DNA of 64,000 nucleotides from a virus, in IMG/VR virus record IMGVR_UViG_3300042090_000646, positions 14,564 to 78,563 of that record; one strand, given 5' to 3'. Positions 45,612-54,583 of this stretch are shown here, one piece after another (within the stretch, counting starts at the first letter, position 1; each line of letters begins with the position of its first letter). Both the position numbers and the translations under genes were made by a program. Under the pieces are notes generated by a model. It did not search any database, was not told where the DNA came from, and worked only from the letters and a program-made list of their open reading frames with translations.

Positions 45612-45962
45612 ATGTGCTGGTGTGACCCCAATCTCCGGGATGGATGCTGTGGCAAGCTGGGATGCTTTCCCAAGGAGGCAGGGCTTGCCGATATGCTACG
45701 TCATATCACTGCTTCCAACCCGTCCACTGTTCCTGAGCTGCCCAAGGGTATCACCGTTTGTATGGCCTTAGACGAAGCCACCGAGTTCACGAGGCTTTGG
45801 AAAGAAACCGAGGGCAGGCCCACGGAGCCGCCCGTCACCCTCATGGGTATGGAGATAAGGGTCAGCTTCGCCGTCCCGCCCAACACCGTCTTCATCAAAA
45901 ATGCGGCCGGCGCCACCGTCGGCATGGTTACCAACATCTCGCTGAATGGAGAACTGGCATGA
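45612..45962 (+). CDS. Hypothetical protein
   Basis: ORF in operon. Confidence 0.5.
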   Translation: MCWCDPNLRDGCCGKLGCFPKEAGLADMLRHITASNPSTVPELPKGITVCMALDEATEFTRLWKETEGRPTEPPVTLMGMEIRVSFAVPPNTVFIKNAAGATVGMVTNISLNGELA

Positions 45963-46207
45963 AACGCTTCCTTTTCGCCTCCGCCATCCTCCTCGCTCTG
46001 GTCGGCTGCACCCGCGAGGACGCCACCCGCCGGATCCTGATCCAGTCCGGCTACTCCCAGGTGGAGATCACCGGCTGGCGCCCCTTCGCTGCCGGGAAGG
46101 ACGACACTTTCAGCACCGGCTTCCGAGCCAAGGCGCCCAACGGCCAGGTTGTCACCGGTGCGGTGACCTCCGGGCTGCTCAAGGGCTGGACTGTGAGGCT
46201 CGACTAG
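45959..46207 (+). CDS. Small phage lipoprotein
   Basis: MKRFLFASAILLALVGC lipobox. Confidence 0.75.
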   Translation: MKRFLFASAILLALVGCTREDATRRILIQSGYSQVEITGWRPFAAGKDDTFSTGFRAKAPNGQVVTGAVTSGLLKGWTVRLD

Positions 46208-46208
46208 C

Positions 46209-46568
46209 ATGGAACCCACGTTCCAATTCACCCGACTAGGGGACCAAGTGGTCCCTGGGAAGCTCTGGCTCCGGGCCAGCCGCACCCCATGGCGGATGTA
46301 CAACGAGATAGAACTACGCCTGGCCGTGGTGGACGGGGAGAAGGTGACCGTGGCCACCAACCTCTGCCTGACCACCCAGGACCAGAATGCCAATGTACCT
46401 CCGCTCATGTCCCTGGGCTTCAACATGGCCCAGCAGCTCATGGATCAGCTCTGGGACTGCGGGCTACGGCCCTCCGAGGGCGCCGGGTCCGTCGGGCAGA
46501 TGGCCGCCGTCCAAGCCCACCTCGCTGATATGCGGGCCCTTGTGCCCGGCCTGAAAGGGAAGCCATGA
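46209..46568 (+). CDS. Hypothetical phage protein
   Basis: AQQLMDQLWDCGLRPSEG..HLADMR. Confidence 0.6.
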   Translation: MEPTFQFTRLGDQVVPGKLWLRASRTPWRMYNEIELRLAVVDGEKVTVATNLCLTTQDQNANVPPLMSLGFNMAQQLMDQLWDCGLRPSEGAGSVGQMAAVQAHLADMRALVPGLKGKP

Positions 46569-47050
46569 TCGCCATCCACTGCCGCTCCAATACCCCCAGC
46601 TCCTGGCTGGTTCGGTTCTTCTGCTGGTCCCCATGGAGCCATCTGGTCCTCCTGCACCCCAACGGGATCGACACCTACGAGGCTGTCTGGCCTCGGGTGA
46701 AGCGGTCCACCCTCCTGGATGTGCTTGAGCGGAACGGGACCTGTCATCCGGTGGACTATGAGTGCAAAGACCCCGAAGCGGCCATGGCCTGGTGCGCCTC
46801 CCAGCTTGGCAAGCCCTATGACCTGTCCGCGCTGTTCGGCTTCCTGATCCATCGGGACTGGCATCATGCCGGCAAGTGGTTCTGCACCGAGTTCGGCGCC
46901 GTCGCCTTCGAGATGGGGGGATCGCCCAAATTCCGTCCCGAGGTGGACGACAGGATCACCCCATGGGACTGGTGGACGCTGCCCGGCCAGGACGTAACCC
47001 TCCAATCGCTCATCCGTCGGGCCATCAATCTCCCAAGAAAGGAATTCTAA
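46565..47050 (+). CDS. Permuted papain-like NlpC/P60 amidase (YiiX/YebB-like)
   Basis: WSH..EA..QLGKPYD..WFCTE (His before Cys). Confidence 0.8.
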   Translation: MIAIHCRSNTPSSWLVRFFCWSPWSHLVLLHPNGIDTYEAVWPRVKRSTLLDVLERNGTCHPVDYECKDPEAAMAWCASQLGKPYDLSALFGFLIHRDWHHAGKWFCTEFGAVAFEMGGSPKFRPEVDDRITPWDWWTLPGQDVTLQSLIRRAINLPRKEF

Positions 47051-47502
47051 TGGACCCCGAAGCCCAGGTTCCTGTCCCAATGCGCCGCCGCCTTGCGGAT
47101 CGACGCGGCAATCCGACCATCGACGCAGGCCCTCTGCCGGTGGACTTTATGAGCCATCCGCCCGAGATCGACCCCAATGGCATTGGCCAGCACGAACCAG
47201 GAGCCAAGCTGGACGCTGGGAAGCTCCGGCCCTGGCTCTGCATCGGTGGCTTCAGCCGGGCCCTGGAGGAGGTGGCCAAGGTCACCACGGTCGGGGCACG
47301 GAAGTATTCCCCCAATGGTTGGAAGGCAGTCCCCGACGGCAAGGACCGATACATGGACGCTGCTGTGCGCCATATGATCAAGTGCGGCCAGGGCGAGAAG
47401 GTGGACCGGGACACCGGATGCCTCCACCATGCCCAGGTGATCTGGAATCTCCTCGCAAGCCTTGAGCTGGAGCTTCAGGAGCGAGAGGAGAAGGCTGGAT
47501 GA
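47050..47502 (+). CDS. dATP/dGTP diphosphohydrolase domain protein (DUF5664-like)
   Basis: GAKLDAGK..VAKVTTVGARKYSPNGW..YMDAAVRH..DTGCLHHAQ. Confidence 0.85.
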   Translation: MDPEAQVPVPMRRRLADRRGNPTIDAGPLPVDFMSHPPEIDPNGIGQHEPGAKLDAGKLRPWLCIGGFSRALEEVAKVTTVGARKYSPNGWKAVPDGKDRYMDAAVRHMIKCGQGEKVDRDTGCLHHAQVIWNLLASLELELQEREEKAG

Positions 47503-47810
47503 GCCGCCTTCCGAAGGCCCAGGTCCAGCGCCACGCCCGCGCCAAGGCCCGACGTGTTGCTGCCGCCCGGGCATCAAAGTGTGGCCTGCTCGCCATCCTG
47601 GGGCGGATCTGCGATGGGGTCCGCATCCCCCTGGTCGGGGATCCCGCATCGCCTTGGGTCGGCACCAGGACCCCGATGGCTCATGGCCGGGTCCAGATCA
47701 CCGTGAGCGGCCCATATGGCCTTGGCCCAGAAATGACCTGGATCGCTCCCTACGACGGATACCCCTATCGTCCCTGGATCCCCAAGAGAAGGCGGAGAGG
47801 CCGGTTATGA
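47499..47810 (+). CDS. Hypothetical basic protein
   Basis: ATGA-coupled at both ends. Confidence 0.45.
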   Translation: MSRLPKAQVQRHARAKARRVAAARASKCGLLAILGRICDGVRIPLVGDPASPWVGTRTPMAHGRVQITVSGPYGLGPEMTWIAPYDGYPYRPWIPKRRRRGRL

Positions 47811-48133
47811 AGAATCCCAACGCTGCCCCGGGCTACGTGGCCATGTATCCCATCCTCTGCGAGGTTGCGAGGGCCCACGGCTACGCCCTTGCGATCCACG
47901 GCACCGTCCAGCGCGACCTGGACCTGGTGGCCATCCCATGGATGGAGGAGGCCGCTGCGCCCGAGATGCTGGTGGCAGCTCTGCGCAAGCGGTGCCAGTT
48001 GTTCCTGTTCGCCCCAGACCACCCCATCATGCAGCCCATGGAGAAGCCCCATGGCCGACGTGCCTGGACCATCCCCCTCATGGGTGAGACCTTCATCGAC
48101 CTGTCTGTCATGCCCCGGAGCACCCATGAATAG
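47807..48133 (+). CDS. Minimal nucleotidyltransferase-like protein
   Basis: GYALAIHGTVQRDLDLVAIPW..FIDLSV. Confidence 0.5.
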   Translation: MKNPNAAPGYVAMYPILCEVARAHGYALAIHGTVQRDLDLVAIPWMEEAAAPEMLVAALRKRCQLFLFAPDHPIMQPMEKPHGRRAWTIPLMGETFIDLSVMPRSTHE

Positions 48134-48395
48134 ACCACTCTCCTTGCATGGGGACCTAAACCGGCATGGGCGCAAGGCCATCCAAATGAGGCTGAAGGCG
48201 GCCATCAAGGAATCCCTCCGCCCTTTGATAGGCCAGGAAATCAACCAGAGCCTCATCCAAAACATTCGGGAGTGCCTGGATCCCAGATGCACGCTGGAGG
48301 TTGTTGGCGATCAAATCCACGTCATGGGCCCTCCGATCCCCTACATCAGCATCAGCTACGTCCTCACCCCGGACCCCGACCATGACCCTGCTTGA
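48126..48395 (+). CDS. Hypothetical protein
   Basis: ORF overlapping both neighbours. Confidence 0.45.
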   Translation: MNRPLSLHGDLNRHGRKAIQMRLKAAIKESLRPLIGQEINQSLIQNIRECLDPRCTLEVVGDQIHVMGPPIPYISISYVLTPDPDHDPA

Positions 48396-50367
48396 AGACC
48401 AGACAGCCCGCGCCGCGGCCATCCTGGCGCCCCTGAATGCCCTGGACCGGGACTCCCGTATCCAGATGCTTGGGGCTCGCCTAGACCTGTTCGCGGCGGC
48501 CACACTGAAGATCCGGACCAAGCAGGGCGGCCCGCTCCTGCCCTTCGCCGTCAACCCGATCCAGATGGACTACCTCCGAACCATCCGGAGGCGCCATGCC
48601 GTAGAGAAGGGGATCGACAAGTTCCGAGGGATACGGGATGCCATCGTCAAGCCGAGGCAGCTTGGCTTCTCAACTTTTATTGCTGCTTTGTTTTTCATGG
48701 ATGGAATCAAGAACCCTGGCCGCGTCACGGTCGTCTTAAGCCACGACAAAGACATTTCTGAGATTCTCCTTGAAACATATCGATTATTTTTCGAGCATCT
48801 CCCGGCAAATCTCCAGGGAGCCCTGACCCTAGAATCCGATACCAAATATGAATTCGAGGTGGTATTTCCTGGGGATCAGGCGGTCAACCCGCCGTCTAAG
48901 TTCATCATCGACACCGAGGCCGGGCATCCCTGGCGCGGCGGGGTGATCCACAACCTCCACGCATCTGAAGCCGCCTTCTACCGCAACTTCCCAGGATTCA
49001 TGGCCAGCTACGTCCAGGGCGTCGGCGCCGATGGGAACATCCTGCTGGAAACCACGGCCAACGGCCAGAACGACTACTACCGGTTGGTCATGCAGGCCAT
49101 GGAGGGTGCCAGTCCCTACGACGTTGTCTTCTACCCATGGTTCAGGCACCCTGAGTATCGGCTGCCCTGGACCAGCGACCAAGCTCCGATCCAATGTCGA
49201 AACGAGATGGAGCGAGGGCACGAGGAAGAGTCCGAGCAGGCCCTAATGGAGCGCGAGGGCCTGGACCTCCAGCAAATCGCATGGCGCCGGAACAAGATGA
49301 AGGAACTGGGAGACCTGTTCATGCAGGAATACCCAGAGAGCCTCCTGGGTGCCTTCCTATCGACCGGCAGGCCGTTCTTCGATGCCAAAATCGTCAACAC
49401 CCAGATGGAAGCTGCCCGCAAGCTGCCCCGCCCCCAATCGCCCAGGGCCAACGTCTTCATTCTGGAAAACCCCGTTCCTGGAGAGGTCTACCTGATCCCG
49501 GCGGACGTTGCCGAGGGCAAGGATGCGGGCACCACTGACATCTCGGATCCCGAGCGGGGTGGAGGCGACTTCTGCACAGCGCCAATCATCAAGGTGCGCG
49601 AGCTGCGAGTCGTGGGTTGGATCCATGGCAGGATCACCCCCATCGCCTTCGCCCAGCTCCTCATGGGCGCGGGACGGCTCTACGGCTGGGCATGTCTCGC
49701 TGTGGAGCGAAACAACCACGGCCACTCCACCCTGAATACCCTGGAGACCAGCGGCTATCCCCAGGTGTACCGGCACCTGGAATATGATGGGGTTAATTCC
49801 TATCTCCGGCCAGGATTCCCGACTGACCCTAAGACACGTCCCCAGATTGTCGACGCCCTGGACACCGCCATTCGCTCAGGTTCGCTGATCCATCCGGACC
49901 CAGGGTTCTGGCGGGAGTGCAGCACCTTCCAACGTGGGCCCACAGGGCGCCCGGAGGCCCTCCCTGGATGCCACGATGATCGGGTCATGGCCATGGCCAT
50001 CGGAGCGTACTTATGCACCCTGGGGCGCAACGCCTGGGGCCTGACCCCGATGGAGGGAGCCAATGCCGCTGGTTTCCCGCAGGGCCCTGTGGCTCCTGAT
50101 CCCGCCCCTGCACCACCGTCCCCCATCCCGCTTCCGCCCACCGATCCCACCATTTTCGATGCACTTACCCAGGCCAAGGCTGAGATGCGCCGGGTTTGCT
50201 GCGGGACATGCAACAGCTACCCCGAGGGCTGCCCCGCGGCTGGTATGTGCGCCACCAACCGCTTCACCTGTCATGCCACGGACCCGTCCTGCACGTGGTA
50301 TTACCCCCGCGAAATAGCCGGGGTCGGGTCCGACATCCCGCCTATCAGTGGTGAGGTGGCTTGGTGA
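48382..50367 (+). CDS. terL: Terminase large subunit
   Basis: KPRQLGFST (Walker A), LHASEAAF (Walker B), ETTANG, ADVAEG..D, HDDRVMA. Confidence 0.95.
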   Translation: MTLLEDQTARAAAILAPLNALDRDSRIQMLGARLDLFAAATLKIRTKQGGPLLPFAVNPIQMDYLRTIRRRHAVEKGIDKFRGIRDAIVKPRQLGFSTFIAALFFMDGIKNPGRVTVVLSHDKDISEILLETYRLFFEHLPANLQGALTLESDTKYEFEVVFPGDQAVNPPSKFIIDTEAGHPWRGGVIHNLHASEAAFYRNFPGFMASYVQGVGADGNILLETTANGQNDYYRLVMQAMEGASPYDVVFYPWFRHPEYRLPWTSDQAPIQCRNEMERGHEEESEQALMEREGLDLQQIAWRRNKMKELGDLFMQEYPESLLGAFLSTGRPFFDAKIVNTQMEAARKLPRPQSPRANVFILENPVPGEVYLIPADVAEGKDAGTTDISDPERGGGDFCTAPIIKVRELRVVGWIHGRITPIAFAQLLMGAGRLYGWACLAVERNNHGHSTLNTLETSGYPQVYRHLEYDGVNSYLRPGFPTDPKTRPQIVDALDTAIRSGSLIHPDPGFWRECSTFQRGPTGRPEALPGCHDDRVMAMAIGAYLCTLGRNAWGLTPMEGANAAGFPQGPVAPDPAPAPPSPIPLPPTDPTIFDALTQAKAEMRRVCCGTCNSYPEGCPAAGMCATNRFTCHATDPSCTWYYPREIAGVGSDIPPISGEVAW

Positions 50368-52235
50368 GCAACTCCGGCGGCTTCTTCTTCTCTCCTGTGA
50401 ACGGTGGGTCCCCATTTGCCAACCTGGGGCCGGCCGCTGAGGTGGCCTATCACCCCATGGCCCCGGACGATGAGGTGGCCGACGCCAACAAAGAGGTCAT
50501 GAAGACCTATGGCGGCGAGGCGGCTTCGCCTGATCTCTTGGCCATGATGGGCCAATGGGTCCAGCTTCAGCATGCGGAGCGGGTTGCCAGCCGCATGGTG
50601 GCCAAGGCCCTCCAGATGACCAATCCTGGCGCCGATGACCCCAAGGCCCGGACCACACCTCTCCTGCAAGGGCTCGGTGGAGGTTCAGGTGGCCTCTATA
50701 TTCCCAAACAGGGGCTCCCCTTCGTGGCCCTCAAGGCTCTCGCCAGGCGCATTGAGGTGACCCAGGCCATCCACCGGACCCGGAAGCGCCAGCTCCTGGC
50801 CTTCGCCGAGCCGTCCCCCAAGGACGATATCCCTGGTTGGAAGCTGGTGGCAGCCGACCCCAACGCCGACCTGTCCGAAGACCACCACGCCTACCTTTCC
50901 TGGCTGACCAATTTCCTGGTCTGCGGCGGGCGCGAGTTCGATGCCCTGGAGCGGAGACGGTTGGGAAGGGAGGGCCTCCCCACGGCTCTCCGAAAGCTCT
51001 CCGACGATTCCTTCTCCTACGACCACGTCGCCTTCGAGACCGTCCCCCTGCGCGGGGCCAACGGCCTGGATGCCTTCTGGGTTCGGGACAGCTCGACCTT
51101 CTACCTGGGCAACCGCTCCGAGCAAGGACCCGACAGCGTGGGAGGGAACGCCTACCTTATCCAGGAAGTCCAATCGGGCCAATTGGTCACATTCGACTAT
51201 GACGAGGCGTTCTTGTTCCAGCGCAACCCTAGCACCGATCTGGAATGGTGCGGCTATGGCACCTCCGAGCTGGAAAGCTCCATCGAGACCATCGGGAACT
51301 TCCTCCAGGCATGTGCCTACACCCGCGAGGGGATCGACAACAACGCTATCCCCCGCGGCATTCTGGTGTTGGGGGGAAACTACGACTCGACCACCATGCA
51401 AGCCTTCCAAACCGCCTGGCAGGCCAAGATCCGTGGAGTGGGCAACTCCTTCGCCTTGCCCATGCTCAATTCCAGGGGACAACAGGCCACCGCCCAGTTT
51501 GTCCAGACTGGCCAGCCCTTCTCCGAGATGGCCTTCGCTAAGTGGATCCAGCTCCAGACGGCGATCTGCTGCTCTATTTACGGCATCGACCCGGCGGAGA
51601 TCGGCATGGAGAGCTTTACTGCCGGGAAGTCCTCGCTCAGTGGCGACGACACCGCCGAGCGCCTGGCGGCGGCCAAAGACAAGGGTTTCTGTCCCTTCCT
51701 TCAGGACATCAGCGGAATGCTCTCCAATGACGTCCTGGCCCGCTTCGCGCCCTGGGTCAGACACAAGTTTACTGGCCTGAACCCAGGCGACGAGAAGTGG
51801 AAGGCGCAGGAGCGAGCCCGTCTGTCCACCATCGACGAGGCACGGCTGGGCATGGGCATGAAGAAACACCCCATCGCCAGCATCGGCGCCCTTCCTGCCG
51901 ACTCCGGGATCCTCCAGGCGGAGTTTCAGCGATACAGCGCCACCCTCACCCTGGACGAAGCTCGCCAATGCTGGGTGGGCCTACCTGGCCTCGCCGACTC
52001 CAAGCTGGGCGCCACCCTACTCAACCCCAGCCTCCAGGCTGCCCAGCAGGGTGCCATGAACCCGCAGCAAGAGGAAGGAATGGGGCCAGGTGGACCGGAA
52101 GGTTTCCAGCCAGGTGGTGATGGCGGAGAAGACGGCCCCGAGGCTCCAGAAGGCGCTGGCGCCCCGCCCAAGGGGTTCGGTGGAGAGGTGTCCGACCGCC
52201 TCCATGCCCTGAATGGTGGATCGGAGGATGAATGA
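50361..52235 (+). CDS. Portal protein
   Basis: YGTSELE..NNAIPRGIL..EMAFAKW..CSIYGIDPAEIG..TIDEAR; follows terL. Confidence 0.9.
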   Translation: MVSNSGGFFFSPVNGGSPFANLGPAAEVAYHPMAPDDEVADANKEVMKTYGGEAASPDLLAMMGQWVQLQHAERVASRMVAKALQMTNPGADDPKARTTPLLQGLGGGSGGLYIPKQGLPFVALKALARRIEVTQAIHRTRKRQLLAFAEPSPKDDIPGWKLVAADPNADLSEDHHAYLSWLTNFLVCGGREFDALERRRLGREGLPTALRKLSDDSFSYDHVAFETVPLRGANGLDAFWVRDSSTFYLGNRSEQGPDSVGGNAYLIQEVQSGQLVTFDYDEAFLFQRNPSTDLEWCGYGTSELESSIETIGNFLQACAYTREGIDNNAIPRGILVLGGNYDSTTMQAFQTAWQAKIRGVGNSFALPMLNSRGQQATAQFVQTGQPFSEMAFAKWIQLQTAICCSIYGIDPAEIGMESFTAGKSSLSGDDTAERLAAAKDKGFCPFLQDISGMLSNDVLARFAPWVRHKFTGLNPGDEKWKAQERARLSTIDEARLGMGMKKHPIASIGALPADSGILQAEFQRYSATLTLDEARQCWVGLPGLADSKLGATLLNPSLQAAQQGAMNPQQEEGMGPGGPEGFQPGGDGGEDGPEAPEGAGAPPKGFGGEVSDRLHALNGGSEDE

Positions 52236-53350
52236 TCCCCTTTCATCCTCTAGACCCTCGTTTCGGCACCGCCCCTGAAGGGCCCGATATCCGCATTGGT
52301 CGGACCATCCTGAAAGCCCTGAGCCGCCGCCGTGAGCCGGCACCTCCCTTCGCCAGACAGACCGAGGCCGAGCGACCCTTCTGGGGCCCGAACCCTGACC
52401 CTGCTGTCACCCGGATTGAGGATGAGTTCTATGGCTGGGGCCAGCGGGCCATGACCGGAATGCTCTCCGCCGTCCTAGGCAAGAAGATCGAGCCCCGCAC
52501 CATCCTTAAGGCTGGGTTCATGCCGGTCAATGCCCGTATCTCCGGCTGGGGTCAGGTGATGGACCTGTTCAACACCCGCAAGTCCCCCGTGGACCTAATG
52601 GACGGCTGGAGCAAGGTAATCGACAAGCTCACCGCCGCGCTCACGCCTCCGGGCTCCGCTGAGGCCGCCGCCCAGGCTCTGGCCCTTCGGACCCACCTTA
52701 TGTTCAAGGTCGGGCAGGCCATGTCCGAGCCCATGGCTCTCCCGAACTGGATGCAGGCCATGGACATCGTCGACACCTCCCAGGCAGCGTCCATGGAGTG
52801 GACCAAGGCCAGGGGCTTGGAGTATGCCAACAACCTATCCGCGTCCATGCGCCACACCCTGGTCCAGGAATTGGTCGCCTCGAAGCAGGCCGATGAGGCT
52901 CCTGGCATTCTGGAGCGGCGCCTCCTGACCCAGTTCGGCCAGCTCAATCGTGACTGGCGCCGGATCGCCCTGACCGAGTCCGCCTTTGCCGTCCAGAACG
53001 GGGCGCTGGCCAGTGTGAATCCGGACGACGGCTGGATCGCCATCTGGATCGCTGCGCCCACGGCCTGTCCGTACTGCCTGGCGCAAGCCAAGAAGCAGTT
53101 CAAGGTGGTGGCCGCCGATGCGCCGCAAAAGGACGGCGACAGCCAGGTCTGGGCTGGGAAGTCCAATTGGGGCCGTTCGGCCCATAAGTGGAGCCAGAAG
53201 GAAGGGCACTTCCGGACCAAGACCGAGATGTATTGGCCATGCTGCCCAGCTCATCCAAACTGTGCCTGCCACCTATCCCTGCGCCCCGCCAAGTTCGCCA
53301 AACACCTCTCCACATACGCCAACAAAGTCACAGCCCCGAAGGGAGCATAG
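52232..53350 (+). CDS. MuF-like minor head protein
   Basis: NRDWRRIALTE..ACPYC..PAHPNCAC. Confidence 0.85.
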   Translation: MIPFHPLDPRFGTAPEGPDIRIGRTILKALSRRREPAPPFARQTEAERPFWGPNPDPAVTRIEDEFYGWGQRAMTGMLSAVLGKKIEPRTILKAGFMPVNARISGWGQVMDLFNTRKSPVDLMDGWSKVIDKLTAALTPPGSAEAAAQALALRTHLMFKVGQAMSEPMALPNWMQAMDIVDTSQAASMEWTKARGLEYANNLSASMRHTLVQELVASKQADEAPGILERRLLTQFGQLNRDWRRIALTESAFAVQNGALASVNPDDGWIAIWIAAPTACPYCLAQAKKQFKVVAADAPQKDGDSQVWAGKSNWGRSAHKWSQKEGHFRTKTEMYWPCCPAHPNCACHLSLRPAKFAKHLSTYANKVTAPKGA

Positions 53351-53352
53351 CC

Positions 53353-53775
53353 ATGCCCGTCAACTGCCGAGTAGGACTCCAGGGAAACCCCAATGGCCGG
53401 GTCATCGGATCCATCGCCAGCCTTGCCGCATCCGGGACCGCCTTGGTGAGCTTCGACCTGGGCGAAACCTGGGACGCCTATACTCTGGTCCAGATCACCG
53501 TCGATCCCACGGCTCCGGAAACGGCCCTGAATACCGTGACCGTCTACGGGGGGGATCTTGCCCAGGATCTGGTTGCCGCTCGCATCCTGGGCCAGATGGG
53601 GACCTCCGGGCTCTCCCAGGCCAAGTTCACCAACATCGCCCCCGCGACCGGTGCCCAGAGCTTCTTCGTGCGCCCCATGGGCCGGTTCGTAACGGTGCAG
53701 TTCCAGAACCAGGACGCGACCAACGCCCTTGGTAACACCGCCGCCATCAACTTCGCTGCCTACCAGGGGGCCTAG
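53353..53775 (+). CDS. Small beta-rich putative virion protein
   Basis: Ala/Thr/Gly-rich; follows MuF. Confidence 0.5.
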   Translation: MPVNCRVGLQGNPNGRVIGSIASLAASGTALVSFDLGETWDAYTLVQITVDPTAPETALNTVTVYGGDLAQDLVAARILGQMGTSGLSQAKFTNIAPATGAQSFFVRPMGRFVTVQFQNQDATNALGNTAAINFAAYQGA

Positions 53776-53782
53776 CGGGTCC

Positions 53783-53968
53783 ATGGCGAAGTCAAAGAAC
53801 AAGCCTCGACGCGAGCCCCGCAAGGAGGCCGCCCTATCCGTCCCACCCGAAGCTGCCGAGCGGGAGGCGGCGCGGCTCCTGGTGTGCGTCAGGGCCTCCG
53901 ATGACCGCTATCGGGAATACTGGGAGACCCTAGACCCACGACAGCAGGCACTGATGCCCAAGCCTTGA
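53783..53968 (+). CDS. Small hypothetical protein
   Basis: Last + strand ORF before a terminator. Confidence 0.45.
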   Translation: MAKSKNKPRREPRKEAALSVPPEAAEREAARLLVCVRASDDRYREYWETLDPRQQALMPKP

Positions 53969-54032
53969 TGAAGGAGACCGCGTTTCCCAGGGCCCTGGGT
54001 TGACTGGCCACTCGCGCCGATGATCCTACCCC

Positions 54033-54062
54033 AAAAGCCCCTTCCGGGGTACCTGGGGCTTT
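54033..54062. terminator. Probable bidirectional terminator between convergent genes
   Basis: AAAAGCCCC..GGGGCTTT. Confidence 0.55.
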
Positions 54063-54072
54063 CCGAGGCGTC

Positions 54073-54294
54073 CTAGCCCCACTTCTCGATCAGGGTGGCG
54101 TGGGTCTGGCCGTCTTCGGTGAGGATCCAGCCGCTGCCGCTCTCCATATGAGCTATGAGGCCGAGCCTTTCCAGGCTCTTGAGGGTAGTGATGCCGAATC
54201 CCTGGAGCATTGGCGTGTTGTTTTTGACCGCCAGGATGGCCTTCATCTGTGCCAGGGTGGGGTTGTTCAGGGTGAAGCCGTTGGTCGTGGTCAT
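54073..54294 (-). CDS. Small winged-helix-like protein (73 aa)
   Basis: RBS aaggag; TLKSLERLGLI..WILTEDG. Confidence 0.65.
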   Translation of the reverse strand: MTTTNGFTLNNPTLAQMKAILAVKNNTPMLQGFGITTLKSLERLGLIAHMESGSGWILTEDGQTHATLIEKWG

Positions 54295-54317
54295 GGGGTC
54301 TCTCCTTCGATAGACAT

Positions 54318-54346
54318 AGTTTCGGGCCAAACGGTCTCTATGTCAA
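54318..54346 (-). promoter_or_regulatory. Sigma70 promoter with operator-like spacer
   Basis: TTGACA-tagagaccgtttggccc-GAAACT (17-bp spacer), AT-rich upstream. Confidence 0.7.
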
Positions 54347-54583
54347 GCCCCTTTGAAAAATATTTCCTGATTATCGGCGAGCCTCAGCCTAAAGCACCAC
54401 CATTCCCGGGTGGGGAAACCCCGCGCTGCCCGCGCTTCTCCTGAAAACTCCGCTGAGCGGGAGCTTCGCCACGGGCTCGGTGGTGCCAATTGAGAATGTT
54501 CTCTGGGGACATGGTTCACGCCTAAGGCGAAACAAAAACGAATGCCGTGTTTCCGCCGCCCCATACTTGAGGCAGGAGATGCC

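Noticed and set aside
47050-47502. Z-base or 7-deazaguanine DNA modification pathway
   Set aside because: Only the hydrolase is present; no purZ, dpdA, folE/que genes or phage polymerase in the window
52232-53350. MuF-fused polymorphic toxin
   Set aside because: The protein ends shortly after HPNCAC with no toxin domain
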